Source: Gemmatimonadota bacterium (lineage in GTDB: Bacteria; Latescibacterota; UBA2968; UBA8231). Taken from it: a stretch of DNA of 64,000 bases. Below, piece by piece: positions 25,384-36,028 of this stretch. A model generated the notes under the pieces. It was not told the DNA's origin and searched no databases. It saw nothing but the letters and a program-made list of their open reading frames with translations. Location: assembly GCA_038153405.1 (NCBI GenBank), contig JAYOYH010000013.1, forward strand, positions 44,334 to 108,333. The letters run 5' to 3'. How positions within the stretch are numbered: position 1 is the stretch's first letter; every line of letters starts with the position of its first letter. A program made the translations under genes and the position numbers.

Positions 25384-26034
25384 TTACCAAGTGATGGGCG
25401 CTTGTTCGTGCGCCGCTAAGTAGGCGTTGGCTTGCGAAAAGTGGCGGCAGCCAAAAAAGCCGCGGTAGGCAGATAGGGGAGATGGATGCGCCGATTCGAG
25501 CACCCGGTGGCGGTCGGCATCGATCAGCGCGCGCTTGGATTGGGCGTGGGCGCCCCACAGTATGAAGACCAGATATCGGCGATGCTGGCTGAGCGTCTCG
25601 ACGATTTGATCGGTTAATGCGTGCCAGCCCAGTTTCTGATGCGAGCCGGCTCGTCCCGCTTCGACGGTCAGAGATGAATTGAGCAGCAGCACCCCTTGGC
25701 GCGCCCATCGCTCGAGATCTGTCGAGAAGGCGGGGGGAGCGCCGCCGTATATGTCGTTGGCAACTTCCTTAAAGATGTTGCGCAGGGAGGGCGGCGCTTT
25801 AACGCCGTCGGGCACTGAAAAGGCCAAACCGTGTGCCTGGCCTTCGCCGTGATAGGGATCTTGGCCGAGGATTACGGCGCGAACGTCGTTAAATGGGGTG
25901 AGCTCCAGCGCGCGAAAAACGCGATCGCCGGGCGGGTAGATGGCGCGTGTCTGCCGCAGCTTTTCGACTCGTTGTATGAGGGCTTCCGCGCGCCCATCGC
26001 GCAGCATGGGTATGGTGTGATTCCAACTGTGCAC
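25384..26034 (-). CDS. ung: Uracil-DNA glycosylase (family 1)
   Basis: ILGQDPYH, AHGLAFSV, PPSLRNIFKE, GVLLLN, HPSPLS; likely GTG start at 26034, since the ORF-track extension overlaps the upstream gene. Confidence 0.95.
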   Translation of the reverse strand: MHSWNHTIPMLRDGRAEALIQRVEKLRQTRAIYPPGDRVFRALELTPFNDVRAVILGQDPYHGEGQAHGLAFSVPDGVKAPPSLRNIFKEVANDIYGGAPPAFSTDLERWARQGVLLLNSSLTVEAGRAGSHQKLGWHALTDQIVETLSQHRRYLVFILWGAHAQSKRALIDADRHRVLESAHPSPLSAYRGFFGCRHFSQANAYLAAHEQAPITW

Positions 26035-26053
26035 GAGATCTCTCAGAAAGCGG

Positions 26054-27013
26054 TCAAAGTTGCGCCCGCGGCGGCAAACCGTCCCAGACGCGCTGTAAGT
26101 TATCGAATACAAAGGCGCCGCGCCGCCCCCAGGTGTCGCGGGTGACGCCGGCCGCATGCGGCGTATACAGGGCATTGGGATGGGCTAAGAGGGGATCGCC
26201 GGCGACAATGGGTTCCGCTTCAAATACGTCGATACCGGCCCCGGCAATGCGCCCCTCGCGCAGGGCATTGGAGAGGGCTTGTTGGTCGACGACGGGGCCG
26301 CGGCAGGTGTTGATGAGCAGGGCATCTTTCTTCATATGTGCCAATTGCGCAGCGCCGATTAAATGGCGCGTATTGGGCAGCAGCGGCACGTGCAGAGAGA
26401 CGATATCGGCGCAGGATAACAGGTGGTCGAGCGGCAGGCGGCCAATGCCTAATGCGCGCTCGGTTTCGGGATCAGCCGCAACTGGATCGCTGTATGCGAG
26501 GTGGGCTCCGAGCGCGGCAAAGAGCTGGGCCACCCGCCGGCCGATGTGGCCTAGACCGACAATGCCCAGCGTCTTGCCGTGTACCGTTCGCGTTTCCGAC
26601 CCCAGCGAGACGGCGCTCCACTGCCCGGCGCGCACGGTGCGGTCGAGGTCGACTAAGCGGCGATAGAGACCTAGTGTTAGGGCCAGTGTGTGTTCGGCCA
26701 CGTCGATGGCGTTGGTTCCTCCGTTATTGGCAACGGGAACACCAAGCTGTTTGCACAGCGATAGGTTCATCTGGTCAAAGCCGGCGCTGACCAATTGGAT
26801 AAGGCGCAAATGAGGAGCCGATGCCAGCACGTCGTCGGCAAGGCGACCGGGGAAGAGAATGAGAAAGTGGGCGTCGCGCAGTAACTCTACCTTGTCACTA
26901 TCGGCTAGGCTGGTAGGATGCGTCTCGATGCGGAAATGGGCGGGAGCGCAGGCGGTGATACACTGCGCTTGCTCTGCGGGTAGGTCGGTGAAGAAGATGG
27001 TTTTGATCATCAA
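26054..27013 (-). CDS. D-2-hydroxyacid dehydrogenase family protein
   Basis: VAEH, GIVGLGHIG, SLHVPL, INTCRG.VVD, DVF..EP, TPH. Confidence 0.93.
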   Translation of the reverse strand: MMIKTIFFTDLPAEQAQCITACAPAHFRIETHPTSLADSDKVELLRDAHFLILFPGRLADDVLASAPHLRLIQLVSAGFDQMNLSLCKQLGVPVANNGGTNAIDVAEHTLALTLGLYRRLVDLDRTVRAGQWSAVSLGSETRTVHGKTLGIVGLGHIGRRVAQLFAALGAHLAYSDPVAADPETERALGIGRLPLDHLLSCADIVSLHVPLLPNTRHLIGAAQLAHMKKDALLINTCRGPVVDQQALSNALREGRIAGAGIDVFEAEPIVAGDPLLAHPNALYTPHAAGVTRDTWGRRGAFVFDNLQRVWDGLPPRAQL

Positions 27014-27100
27014 TAAGGCCAGCTGTTTGAATGGAGCGCTCCGTTTTTTTTATACTATGAGGACAAGATCACGCTGCCGCAAGGGCAGGGGGAAAACAGC

Positions 27101-27898
27101 ATGCATACTACAGGGGACAAACTGACAGACGAGGCGTGGCAGCAATTTCAACGCGATGGGTTCTTGTCGCTTGGCCAGGTGGCCGACCCAGAGGCGTTGT
27201 CTGCGCTGCAGACGCGAATGGACGATATCATGATGGGTCGGGCCGACGTCGACTACGACCGCATGATGATGCAGTTGGACAGCGCAGATGGACCAGGATC
27301 GGGGCCGGGACCGCAGTCCAGGGGATTCAAGGGGCCGACCCTAGCCTATCGCAAGATACAGGATCTCGAATACGACGACGTCTTTCTGCGCTATATGCAG
27401 CATCCGCTCTTCCGCGATATCTGCATGCGCGCCTATGGAGAAGGGGCCGATATCGCCTGCTTTCGCGCCATGTTTATGAACAAACCCGCCGGCGAGGGCA
27501 CCCATCTAGTGTGGCACCAAGACCGCTGGACGCACCTGGACCGCGATCCGCTCGTCACGGTGTGGACGGCTCTGGACGCGGCTACGGTGGCTAACGGCTG
27601 CGTCCACATCCTGCCCGGTTCGCATTCCGCGCTGGTCAACCCGGAGCATGGCTCGGGTTTCCTCACCGATGAGCAGACGCAAAAGCTGCTCGGCCAAAGC
27701 GATCCCGTACCGCTGGAACTGGAGGCTGGCGAGGTCGTTCTCCTGCACAACTGGCTGCTGCACAGCTCGGACGTAAATCGAACCGAAAGGGCCCGTCGCG
27801 CATTTAGCGTATGCTACATGGACGCGGCTACGGTGGCCAGCAACGGCCATAATTACCCCGTTGTTTTTGGCGAGAACGCGCTGGCGCTCAGGGCCTGA
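27101..27898 (+). CDS. Phytanoyl-CoA dioxygenase (PhyH) family protein
   Basis: NKP, WHQD, TVWTALD, NGC..ILPGSH, LHSS..N....RRA. Confidence 0.9.
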   Translation: MHTTGDKLTDEAWQQFQRDGFLSLGQVADPEALSALQTRMDDIMMGRADVDYDRMMMQLDSADGPGSGPGPQSRGFKGPTLAYRKIQDLEYDDVFLRYMQHPLFRDICMRAYGEGADIACFRAMFMNKPAGEGTHLVWHQDRWTHLDRDPLVTVWTALDAATVANGCVHILPGSHSALVNPEHGSGFLTDEQTQKLLGQSDPVPLELEAGEVVLLHNWLLHSSDVNRTERARRAFSVCYMDAATVASNGHNYPVVFGENALALRA

Positions 27899-27946
27899 TG
27901 GCACGTCCATTTTTCTCTGCGCAGGATGGGTAGCGACGGCAGAGCG

Positions 27947-30256
27947 ATGTCGATAAAAGGGGTATTGAGCATCCTCGCGGCGCTGTTGATCTGCTGCCGC
28001 GGGCTCGGGGCCGAGGGCGGGGGCGCTACAATCAGCGGGTTTGTCTATAGCCGCGACGACGGCGAGGCGCTCATTCGGGCCAGCGTATCGATGCGCGGTT
28101 TTCCACTGGGGGCAATGAGCAACGATAGCGGGTATTTTGTCCTTGCCGACGTTCCGGCTGGTCGCTGGTCGCTGGTCGCCTCGTTCATTGGCTTTGAGGA
28201 CGTCGAGCAAATCGTAGAAGTGGCAGCCGGTGGCCACGCTCGAGTCGATTTATTCCTCGCTACCAAAGCACTGCAGGGCGAGGAGATGCTGGTGCGCGAG
28301 GATTCGCTGCGCATGGCTGACAGGTTGTTTGCCCGAACCATTTCCACGGTCCATTTATCTCCGCGACACATCGAACAGGTACCGCCGTTTGCCGAGGCCG
28401 ACCTACTGCGTTCGCTTGCGGCGCTGCCCGGCATCGTCCCGCTGTCCGATTTTTCTTCGGCGCTCTACGTGCGCGGGGGAACCCCCGACCAAAACCTCTA
28501 CCTGATTGACGGGGCAGAGGTTTATAACCCCGAGCACGCGTTTGGCCTTTTCTCCACGTTTAATACCGATGCCATAAAGCGGGTTGAGTTGTCAAAGGGA
28601 GGCTTCGGTGCGGAAATGGGCGGGCGCCTTTCCTCGGTGCTGGACGTAGTCAATGTCGACGGCAATCGCGAGCGCTTTCAGGGCGTTGCGGCGATTAGTT
28701 TACTGTCGGTAAAATCCACGCTGCAGGCCCCGCTAGGCACGCGCGGTTCGCTGTCGGGTTCGCTGCGTCGAACCTATTTCGATCAAACGATTGGCCGCCG
28801 CTCCGACGACATCCCCGATTATTACTTTTACGATGGGCACGTTAAGGCCTTTGTCGACCTGGGCGACGCCGACAAGCTGATGCTGGGCTTCTTCGGCGGG
28901 CGCGATGTCCTCGATGTCACCTTTGATGGAGGCGCTAGGGATGAGAGCGGTTTTGGCGTCGCCTGGCAAAACCAAACGGCTAGTGCGCGCTACGTGCGCG
29001 TATTCACCCCGCGCCTCTTTGGCACCTTTGCACTGACGGCATCGCGCTTTGCCTCGGACTTCGCCTTTTCCGAAGGCTCGTTAGAGGAGCGCAATGTCGT
29101 AACGGATGCCACGCTGAAGGCGCAGATCCAGTATGACCGGAGTCCGGCGCTGCGCGTTGAAGTGGGGTCCGAATTGAAGCGACTGCAGGCGCGCTTTAGT
29201 CAGGATTTTCTCTCGGGTGAGATCGATGTGCGCGACAATCCCACACAGGCGGGTCTCTACGGCTTGCTCAATTGGCGTCCACTTGGCGGAGTGTGGGATG
29301 CGCAGGGGGGGCTTCGCTACAGCCGCTATAGGGGTGCTACATCGCTGCATCATATCGAGCCGCGCATGGCGCTCAAGTATCGCTTGACCGCGGCCTCGAT
29401 GGTAAAAGTGGCCACCGGGCTCTATCACCAGTATGTCCACCGAGTGCCACGCTTTGTCGCCGCTGACATATGGACCACAGCCAACGCCCATCAGGGGGCA
29501 TCGCGCGCCGTGCACTATATCGTTGGCTACCAGCGCGAGTGGCATCGCCTCGGGCAGATCGAGGTCGAGGCATTTCACAAGCGCTATTACGATATATACC
29601 AATTCAACCGCACCTTTCTAACCGATGTGCAGGCGGCCAAATTCGACCAGAGAGACCGGCCGATCATTGCCAGCACCCAGGGCTTATTTCATCCGGGTAG
29701 CGGTCATTCGAGCGGCTTTGAGGTCCTGCTGCGCAAAGAGGCTGGTGCACTCAGTGGATGGGTTGGCTATTCGCTGGCGCGCACGCGCTACGCGTTTGCC
29801 GGGATTAACGGCGGGCGCGCCTTTAGCCCGCGCCACGATCGCACCTCTACGCTCAATGCCGTGGCGCGCATCGATCTATCAAAGGCGCTGCGCGGCGGTA
29901 GTGGGGGCTGGTATTTTGGCGCCAATCTGGTCTATTCGACGGGACAGCCCATCACCGAACCCGGATCGGCCTACTTGGCCTCTATTGCGCCGAGCGACCC
30001 GCAGGTCAGCGTGTTTTACGCGCCGACGCGCATTAACGGGGTGCGCCTACCTGCCTATGTGCGACTTGATCTGAGTTTGGAATGGCGGCGCGATTTCGCT
30101 TCCTGGAGGATGATGCCCTATTTGCAGGTGTTCAATGCGGGCAACCGCCGCAACGCGTGGTTTGTCGAATACGATTTTGCCAACAGCCAGCCCGAGGTCG
30201 GCCAAGTAGGGATGTTTCCCCTCTTGCCTACCTGCGGACTGCGCGTCGAGTTCTGA
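27947..30256 (+). CDS. TonB-dependent receptor with N-terminal carboxypeptidase-regulatory-like domain
   Basis: Signal peptide, TISGFV...GEAL, plug LYVRGG.PDQNL.LIDG, KGGF.A..GGRLSSV, C-terminal Phe (alternative start 27926). Confidence 0.9.
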   Translation: MSIKGVLSILAALLICCRGLGAEGGGATISGFVYSRDDGEALIRASVSMRGFPLGAMSNDSGYFVLADVPAGRWSLVASFIGFEDVEQIVEVAAGGHARVDLFLATKALQGEEMLVREDSLRMADRLFARTISTVHLSPRHIEQVPPFAEADLLRSLAALPGIVPLSDFSSALYVRGGTPDQNLYLIDGAEVYNPEHAFGLFSTFNTDAIKRVELSKGGFGAEMGGRLSSVLDVVNVDGNRERFQGVAAISLLSVKSTLQAPLGTRGSLSGSLRRTYFDQTIGRRSDDIPDYYFYDGHVKAFVDLGDADKLMLGFFGGRDVLDVTFDGGARDESGFGVAWQNQTASARYVRVFTPRLFGTFALTASRFASDFAFSEGSLEERNVVTDATLKAQIQYDRSPALRVEVGSELKRLQARFSQDFLSGEIDVRDNPTQAGLYGLLNWRPLGGVWDAQGGLRYSRYRGATSLHHIEPRMALKYRLTAASMVKVATGLYHQYVHRVPRFVAADIWTTANAHQGASRAVHYIVGYQREWHRLGQIEVEAFHKRYYDIYQFNRTFLTDVQAAKFDQRDRPIIASTQGLFHPGSGHSSGFEVLLRKEAGALSGWVGYSLARTRYAFAGINGGRAFSPRHDRTSTLNAVARIDLSKALRGGSGGWYFGANLVYSTGQPITEPGSAYLASIAPSDPQVSVFYAPTRINGVRLPAYVRLDLSLEWRRDFASWRMMPYLQVFNAGNRRNAWFVEYDFANSQPEVGQVGMFPLLPTCGLRVEF

Positions 30257-30259
30257 TCC

Positions 30260-31162
30260 ATGCGATATCGTGCAGTGGCGATGCTGCTTTGGGTCGGTCT
30301 AGCGGGCTGCGGCGAGGGACGTTTTTCGGTGTCGAATACCAGCTACGAGCCGCGCCTGGTCATCGAGGGCCTGCTGCGGCCAGGGATCGGAGTGGACGGC
30401 ATCCGCATTACGCGCAACGTTCGCGTCGACGAGCGCATACGCACCGACGACCTGATTCCCGCCGATGTGCAGGCTCATTTGACGGACAGATCAAACGGGC
30501 GCTCGTTTGCGCTGACCCTGCGCGATGCCGATCGAGTCGAGGATCGACTTTTTTACTACAGCGGCAGCGACTTGCGGATTGTGCCTGGGGCCTCCTATGC
30601 CCTCGATGTCAGCGCCAGCGTCGAAGGGGCTCTGCTGCGCGCGGGCGCCGTGACGACCGTGCCCGAGGATGGCTTCCGCATTGCCGGCGTCAATCGACAG
30701 GCCATGCCGTATCGGCCACTTGACGAGCGCGGCGATCCGTTAAACTTTGCCCTCTCCATTGAGCGTTCGCCAAGCAGTCGCTTCTATCTGCTCACGCTGC
30801 GTCCGCGCGTGGTTACGAGTGCTAACTTCATCTACGAAAATTCCTTTACCCAGCAAAGCCGTCAGGACGTTGAGGGCCGCCTTGACGACTTTGGCTTTCG
30901 CTGGGATTGGATACAGAATACGCCTCGCGGTGCGGGGGTTTCGACCATCGAAGTGATGTGGTTCGACCTGTGGTTTTACGGCGATTACGATGTATTGGTC
31001 TATGCGGCCGACGATAACTACGCGCGCTTTATACAGACTCACGACCAAGTGCGCGAAGCCGATGGCAATTTTCACGAAGCGGAATTTGCCATTGAAGGGG
31101 ACGGCATTGGCTACTTCGGCTCGGCATTAGTCGATTCCGTGCGCTTGCAGGTGCAGCGCTGA
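30260..31162 (+). CDS. DUF4249-like outer-membrane lipoprotein
   Basis: Lipobox LAGC, PRLVIEG, C-terminal IEGDGIGYFGS; typical partner downstream of this TBDR class. Confidence 0.75.
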   Translation: MRYRAVAMLLWVGLAGCGEGRFSVSNTSYEPRLVIEGLLRPGIGVDGIRITRNVRVDERIRTDDLIPADVQAHLTDRSNGRSFALTLRDADRVEDRLFYYSGSDLRIVPGASYALDVSASVEGALLRAGAVTTVPEDGFRIAGVNRQAMPYRPLDERGDPLNFALSIERSPSSRFYLLTLRPRVVTSANFIYENSFTQQSRQDVEGRLDDFGFRWDWIQNTPRGAGVSTIEVMWFDLWFYGDYDVLVYAADDNYARFIQTHDQVREADGNFHEAEFAIEGDGIGYFGSALVDSVRLQVQR

Positions 31163-31256
31163 GATTGCTCGGATGGTGTGCAATTGATATACTAGCGAAC
31201 ACCGCGCCGGAAAGTGTTGGGTGGCGGCGAAAAATAACACGTTAAACGAGGAAGCA

Positions 31257-32372
31257 ATGGCCAAGAAAAAAGGACCTGTACAAGTGGGAATCATTGGCTG
31301 CGGGGCGATTAGTGCAGCCTATATGCGCATCGGCAAGACCTTTCGCGATATCGAGATTGCAGCCTGTGCCGATCTCGACCGCAAGCGGGCCAAGGAGCGG
31401 GCGGAGGAATTTGAAATACCGCGCGCATGCACGGTAAAACAGCTCTTGGCCGACAAGTCGATCGAGATTGTTGTCAACTTGACGGTGCCCAAAGCACACG
31501 GCAGCGTCGCGCTGCAGGCACTACAGGCCGGCAAGAGCGTCTACAACGAGAAGCCGCTGGCCGTCGAGCGGGCCGATGCACAGGCCATGCTGGAGTTAGC
31601 CGAGAAAAAGGGCCTGCTGGTCGGTGGGGCGCCCGATACCTTTCTCGGCGGTGGACACCAGACCTGTCGCAAGCTCATCGACGACGGGTGGATTGGTCAG
31701 CCGATTGCCGCCAATGCCTTTATGATGAGCCATGGCCACGAGAGCTGGCACCCCGATCCGGAGTTTTACTACGAGCGCGGCGGCGGTCCGATGTTTGATA
31801 TGGGCCCGTACTATCTGACGGCGCTGGTCCATATGATGGGGCCCGTTGCCAAGGTAAGCGGCTGCACGCGCATTACCTTTCCCGAGCGCACGATTACCAG
31901 CGAGAAGAAGTACGGCAAGGTCATACCCGTGGAAACGGCGACGCACATCGTCGGCATTATGGAATTTGCCAGCGGTGCCGTCGGCCAGATCACCACTAGC
32001 TTTGACGTGTGGGGCGCGGAATTGCCGCGCATCGAGGTCTACGGCACGGAAGGCTCGTTGAGCGTGCCCGACCCCAACGGTTTTGGCGGCACCGTTAAGT
32101 ACAAGCGCGGGCGCGACGAGTGGAAAGAAGTCCCCCTGACGCACGGCTATAACGAAAATGCGCGCAGCTTGGGCGTGGCGGATATGGCCAACGCACTGCG
32201 CACGGGGCGTGTGCACCGGGCCAACGGCGCGTTGACCTATCACGTGCTCGATCTTATGCACGCCTTTCACGACGCGGCCGATGCCGGTAAGAGCTTGAAG
32301 ATCAAGAGCACCTGCCAGCGGCCGGCACCGCTGCCGTTGGGTTTGCGCGACGGCGAAGTGAGCCTCTCCTAG
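31257..32372 (+). CDS. Gfo/Idh/MocA family oxidoreductase
   Basis: [33 protein letters not shown]. Confidence 0.92.
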   Translation: MAKKKGPVQVGIIGCGAISAAYMRIGKTFRDIEIAACADLDRKRAKERAEEFEIPRACTVKQLLADKSIEIVVNLTVPKAHGSVALQALQAGKSVYNEKPLAVERADAQAMLELAEKKGLLVGGAPDTFLGGGHQTCRKLIDDGWIGQPIAANAFMMSHGHESWHPDPEFYYERGGGPMFDMGPYYLTALVHMMGPVAKVSGCTRITFPERTITSEKKYGKVIPVETATHIVGIMEFASGAVGQITTSFDVWGAELPRIEVYGTEGSLSVPDPNGFGGTVKYKRGRDEWKEVPLTHGYNENARSLGVADMANALRTGRVHRANGALTYHVLDLMHAFHDAADAGKSLKIKSTCQRPAPLPLGLRDGEVSLS

Positions 32373-32399
32373 TACACACCCTACGCGAGCGAGCCCGCC

Positions 32400-33575
32400 A
32401 TGCGACGAAACCCGGCCGAAGCCGCGCTGGACCATATTGACGAGAAGCGCCTGTTGGCCACGGCCACTGCGCTGGTCGAAGTGCCCAGTCCCACCCTTGA
32501 CGCGGGGGCGGCAGCCGATCGCCTGGCGGAGATCCTCGATGCCGACGGTTTTGCCGTAGAGCGGCCGGTGGCCAACTGGCCGGTAGCTCCGGCGGTGGCT
32601 GTGCGCCATCGCGTGGGGGAGGGGGGGCGCCTGCTGCAGTTCGACGGTCATCTCGATACGGTGCACCTGCCCTTTGTTGGACCGAGCGTCGTTGACGGCT
32701 TTCTCTGTGGTTCGGGCGCTTCCGACATGAAGGGCGGCCTGGCCGCCGCTGTGGAGGCCCTGCGCGCCCTGCGCGACAGCGATGCGCTAGCGGGAGGAGG
32801 CGTGCTGCTGACGGCGCACGACCACCACGAAGGGCCGTGGGGCGATCGGCGGCAGCTGTTGGCCATGATCGACGAGGGCTACGTCGGCGACGGCGTGCTG
32901 CTGCCCGAATATCTAGCCCACCTGCTTCCGCTGGGCGGACGCGGGCAGGCTATATTCGCCGTCGATATACAGCGCGATGGCGAACCCGTGCACGAAGTGC
33001 TGCGCCCGTCGGGCTTGCCCGACGTCATCGGTGCAGGAGCTGAATTCGTGCTGCAGATGCGAGCGCTCGACGGCCGCCTAGCCGAGGAGCAGGTCGAATA
33101 TGTGGGGCGCGAATCGGCTTTTGTCGGGCGGATTGATAGTGGCCAGATATACAACCAGGCGCCGGTCCGCTGTCGCATAGAAGGCACGCGCCGCTGGGTG
33201 CGTCCTGGGACCGGCGCAGCGGTGCGCGCCGAGTTTGACGCCCTGCTCGTCGCACTGGCTGAGCGCAGCGGAGCGCGCGTCACCGTGGCCGAGTGGGACG
33301 TGACGGGCGATGCCTTTCGCATTGGCGAAGACGACCCGCTGGTAGCGGCTCTCCAGGGTGCCCATCGCAGCGTGGTCGGACGGGAGTTGCCGCTCGGTGC
33401 CAAACCCTTTGTCGACGACGGCAACCACTTTTTTGCGCGCGCGGGCATACCGGCGCTGACGCACGGCCCCGCTGGCTTGGGAGCACACACCACGGAGGAG
33501 CGCGTGCCGGTCGACGAGTTGGTGCGGGTGGCGCGGGTCTACGCGCTGACGGCGCTGCGTTTTTGCGCCGCTTGA
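32400..33575 (+). CDS. M20 family metallopeptidase/deacylase
   Basis: GHLDTV, GSGASDMKGG, HGP...AHT.EE; the canonical EE motif appears as HHE. Confidence 0.85.
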   Translation: MRRNPAEAALDHIDEKRLLATATALVEVPSPTLDAGAAADRLAEILDADGFAVERPVANWPVAPAVAVRHRVGEGGRLLQFDGHLDTVHLPFVGPSVVDGFLCGSGASDMKGGLAAAVEALRALRDSDALAGGGVLLTAHDHHEGPWGDRRQLLAMIDEGYVGDGVLLPEYLAHLLPLGGRGQAIFAVDIQRDGEPVHEVLRPSGLPDVIGAGAEFVLQMRALDGRLAEEQVEYVGRESAFVGRIDSGQIYNQAPVRCRIEGTRRWVRPGTGAAVRAEFDALLVALAERSGARVTVAEWDVTGDAFRIGEDDPLVAALQGAHRSVVGRELPLGAKPFVDDGNHFFARAGIPALTHGPAGLGAHTTEERVPVDELVRVARVYALTALRFCAA

Positions 33576-34850
33576 TTAGGGCGCAAAAGCCTGCGCTTCT
33601 CGTTGGCCTTGTTCAAGGTCGACCTTGGACAGTAATAGAGCGCCGGCGATAAAGAGCACAAGGATGGAGAGGATCGAAGCGCGCGGCGAGCCGAGCAGTA
33701 CGCTGGTCCAACCCATGAGAGCGGGGCCCAGGACGGCGGCCGATTTCCCCAGCATATTGTAGAAGCCAAAAAACTCCGCCGACTTGCCGGGGGGGATAAG
33801 GCGGTGGTAAAGCGAGCGGCTCAGCGCCTGCACGCCGCCCTGTACTAGGCCGATGACAACGGCGATGGCGTAAAACTCCCATACCGCAGCGATGAAGTAG
33901 GCCCACACCGTTACGCCGACGTAGACGGCGATCCCGATAAAAAGGCTTCTGCGGGTGCCGATGCGGGTGCCCAGAGTGCCAAAAGCGATAGCCGAGGGAA
34001 AGCCGACCAACTGCGTGACGAGCAGGGCCGTCAGCAGGCTATCGCGGCCAAAACCCAGCGAGAGACCGTAATCAACGGCCATGCGCACGACCGTATCGAC
34101 CCCATCGATATAGAACCAATAGGCAAGTAGAAAGGTCAGCATATGGGGCAGCTGGCGGATATGGGATAGCGTTTCGCGCAGCTGGCGATAGCCTCCCACT
34201 AGAGCGTTCCATCCGCTGGGCTGCCTAGGGTGCACATCATCTTTGACAAAGAGCAAAATGGGCAGGCTGAATAGCATCCACCACAGCGCCACGCTGAGGA
34301 AGGACCAGCGCACCGCTTCGGAGGGGTCGGACAGGCCAACGGCCTGCGGGTGTAAAACCGCGTAGAGGTTGGCGGCAAAGAGCAGGCCGCCGCCCAGATA
34401 GCCCATGCCATAGCCAAGGGCGGAAATTGCGTCGACATTCTCGCGCGGGGCTACAAATCCGAGCAGGGAGTCATAGAAGGTATTGGCTAGTGAGAAGCCG
34501 ATAGTGGCCAATACATAGACGAGTGCGGCCAACGGCCAGTCGCCTTGCTCCACTAAGTACAGGCAGCCGGTCATGAGCGCACCAGTGAAGGCGAATATAG
34601 CCAGAAAGCGCCGGCGCCGGTTGCTGCGGTCTGCTATGGCGCCAAGAAGGGGTGCGACGAGGACGACGACAGCGCTGCTCAGCGAGTTGGCCAAGCCCAG
34701 GTGCAGGGTGCTGAGACTTTCGTCCACACCGCTGCTCCAGTACTGCTTGAAGAACGCGGGAAAGAAACCGGCCATAACGGTGGTGGCAAAGGCCGAATTC
34801 GCCCAGTCGTAGAGCGCCCAGGCATATATGCGTTTGGCGTTCCCTTGCAC
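33576..34850 (-). CDS. MFS transporter (UMF1/ATG22-like)
   Basis: WALYDWANSAF, LGAIAD, FYDSLL, QALSRS, EFFGFY. Confidence 0.9.
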   Translation of the reverse strand: MQGNAKRIYAWALYDWANSAFATTVMAGFFPAFFKQYWSSGVDESLSTLHLGLANSLSSAVVVLVAPLLGAIADRSNRRRRFLAIFAFTGALMTGCLYLVEQGDWPLAALVYVLATIGFSLANTFYDSLLGFVAPRENVDAISALGYGMGYLGGGLLFAANLYAVLHPQAVGLSDPSEAVRWSFLSVALWWMLFSLPILLFVKDDVHPRQPSGWNALVGGYRQLRETLSHIRQLPHMLTFLLAYWFYIDGVDTVVRMAVDYGLSLGFGRDSLLTALLVTQLVGFPSAIAFGTLGTRIGTRRSLFIGIAVYVGVTVWAYFIAAVWEFYAIAVVIGLVQGGVQALSRSLYHRLIPPGKSAEFFGFYNMLGKSAAVLGPALMGWTSVLLGSPRASILSILVLFIAGALLLSKVDLEQGQREAQAFAP

Positions 34851-34889
34851 GGGTGTTCTTCTCGTCCCCTACAGGTCGAATACGTGCGC

Positions 34890-35903
34890 TTAGCTAAGCG
34901 CAATGGCCTCGATCTCTTTCCACTGCCCGCCACTGCGTGCCGACTCCTGCGCACGCAAACAGGCCAGGGCCACTGAGAGCACGTCGCGCTTGTCGATAAG
35001 GGGCTTTTGCCCGTGCTCTATCGCGGTGATCATATCCTCAACGACGCGCTGCCCGCGCCCTTCGGGTAAAGTGGGGGTATGGGCTCCCTTCGCCTCCGAC
35101 ACCACGTGCAGATGGTCCTCGGCGTAGGCGCGCAGGTGTGCCGAACCGCGCGTGCCCATGAGAATAAAGCGCGTATCGCCAAACGATGGGCTTGCCTGAG
35201 GTGTGAGCCAATCGGCCGTTAGCGTAGCCAGCGAGCCGTTGGCGAGTTGAATTGAAGCTTGGACGTGGTCTATCAGTTGAGGGGCATCGGTAAAGCGCTT
35301 GCAAGTCCACAGGGCGTGAACGCCGCTGTATTCGCTGCCCGTCAGCCAGCGTATTTGGTCAACCCCGTGGCAGGCTAGGTCGTGGAAGGTGCCGGCATAT
35401 GCGTCGGGATCGAAATACCAGGGGGTAGCCGTTGCGCGGCGCAGCTTGTGTGGGTGAGTCGAGATGAGGCTGACTATCTCGCCCAATTCGCCTTCGGCGA
35501 CGATGTCGCGCAGGGCGATAAAGGGTGGATAGGAGCGCGAGGTAAACCACATGGAAAGCTCAACGGGGCGCCCGGCCAGCGCCGCGCGCATGCGCTCCCA
35601 TTCTGCAAGCGTGCGGCACAGGGGCTTGTCGAGCAGTAGGTGCACGCCAGCGGCGGCACACTTTTCGACGAGTTCAACTTTTTCGCCGTGTTGCAATCCC
35701 TCGATGATCAGTTCGGGGCGAGCGGTAGCCAACAGTTCGTCGATGCTGTTATAGCGAGGTATGTTCAGGTCGCTCAGATGGCGCTGGCACAGCGCCTCGT
35801 CGGCTTCGACGACGCCGACCCACTCGGCGCTGGGGGCGCTGCGCGCGGAAGATAGCATGCCGGCGATATGTCCGTAGTGCAGTCCTACAATAGCAATGCG
35901 CAT
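34890..35903 (-). CDS. Gfo/Idh/MocA family oxidoreductase
   Basis: MRIAIVGL.YGH, LLDKP, DLACHGVD; start at 35903. Confidence 0.85.
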   Translation of the reverse strand: MRIAIVGLHYGHIAGMLSSARSAPSAEWVGVVEADEALCQRHLSDLNIPRYNSIDELLATARPELIIEGLQHGEKVELVEKCAAAGVHLLLDKPLCRTLAEWERMRAALAGRPVELSMWFTSRSYPPFIALRDIVAEGELGEIVSLISTHPHKLRRATATPWYFDPDAYAGTFHDLACHGVDQIRWLTGSEYSGVHALWTCKRFTDAPQLIDHVQASIQLANGSLATLTADWLTPQASPSFGDTRFILMGTRGSAHLRAYAEDHLHVVSEAKGAHTPTLPEGRGQRVVEDMITAIEHGQKPLIDKRDVLSVALACLRAQESARSGGQWKEIEAIALS

Positions 35904-36028
35904 GGGGGCTCCCGTCGGCGCTGTGAGGAGGGGGCAATGACCCTGATTGAGTAAAAGCTCGGGGAGAAATCGTGTCAATGCTTGACCGCTCGGCGTCTCG
36001 CTTTAGATTGGCTGAGAAAGGGGGTTGG

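Noticed and set aside
31596..32666. 356-aa antisense ORF
   Set aside because: Shadow of the Gfo/Idh/MocA and M20 genes; no motifs
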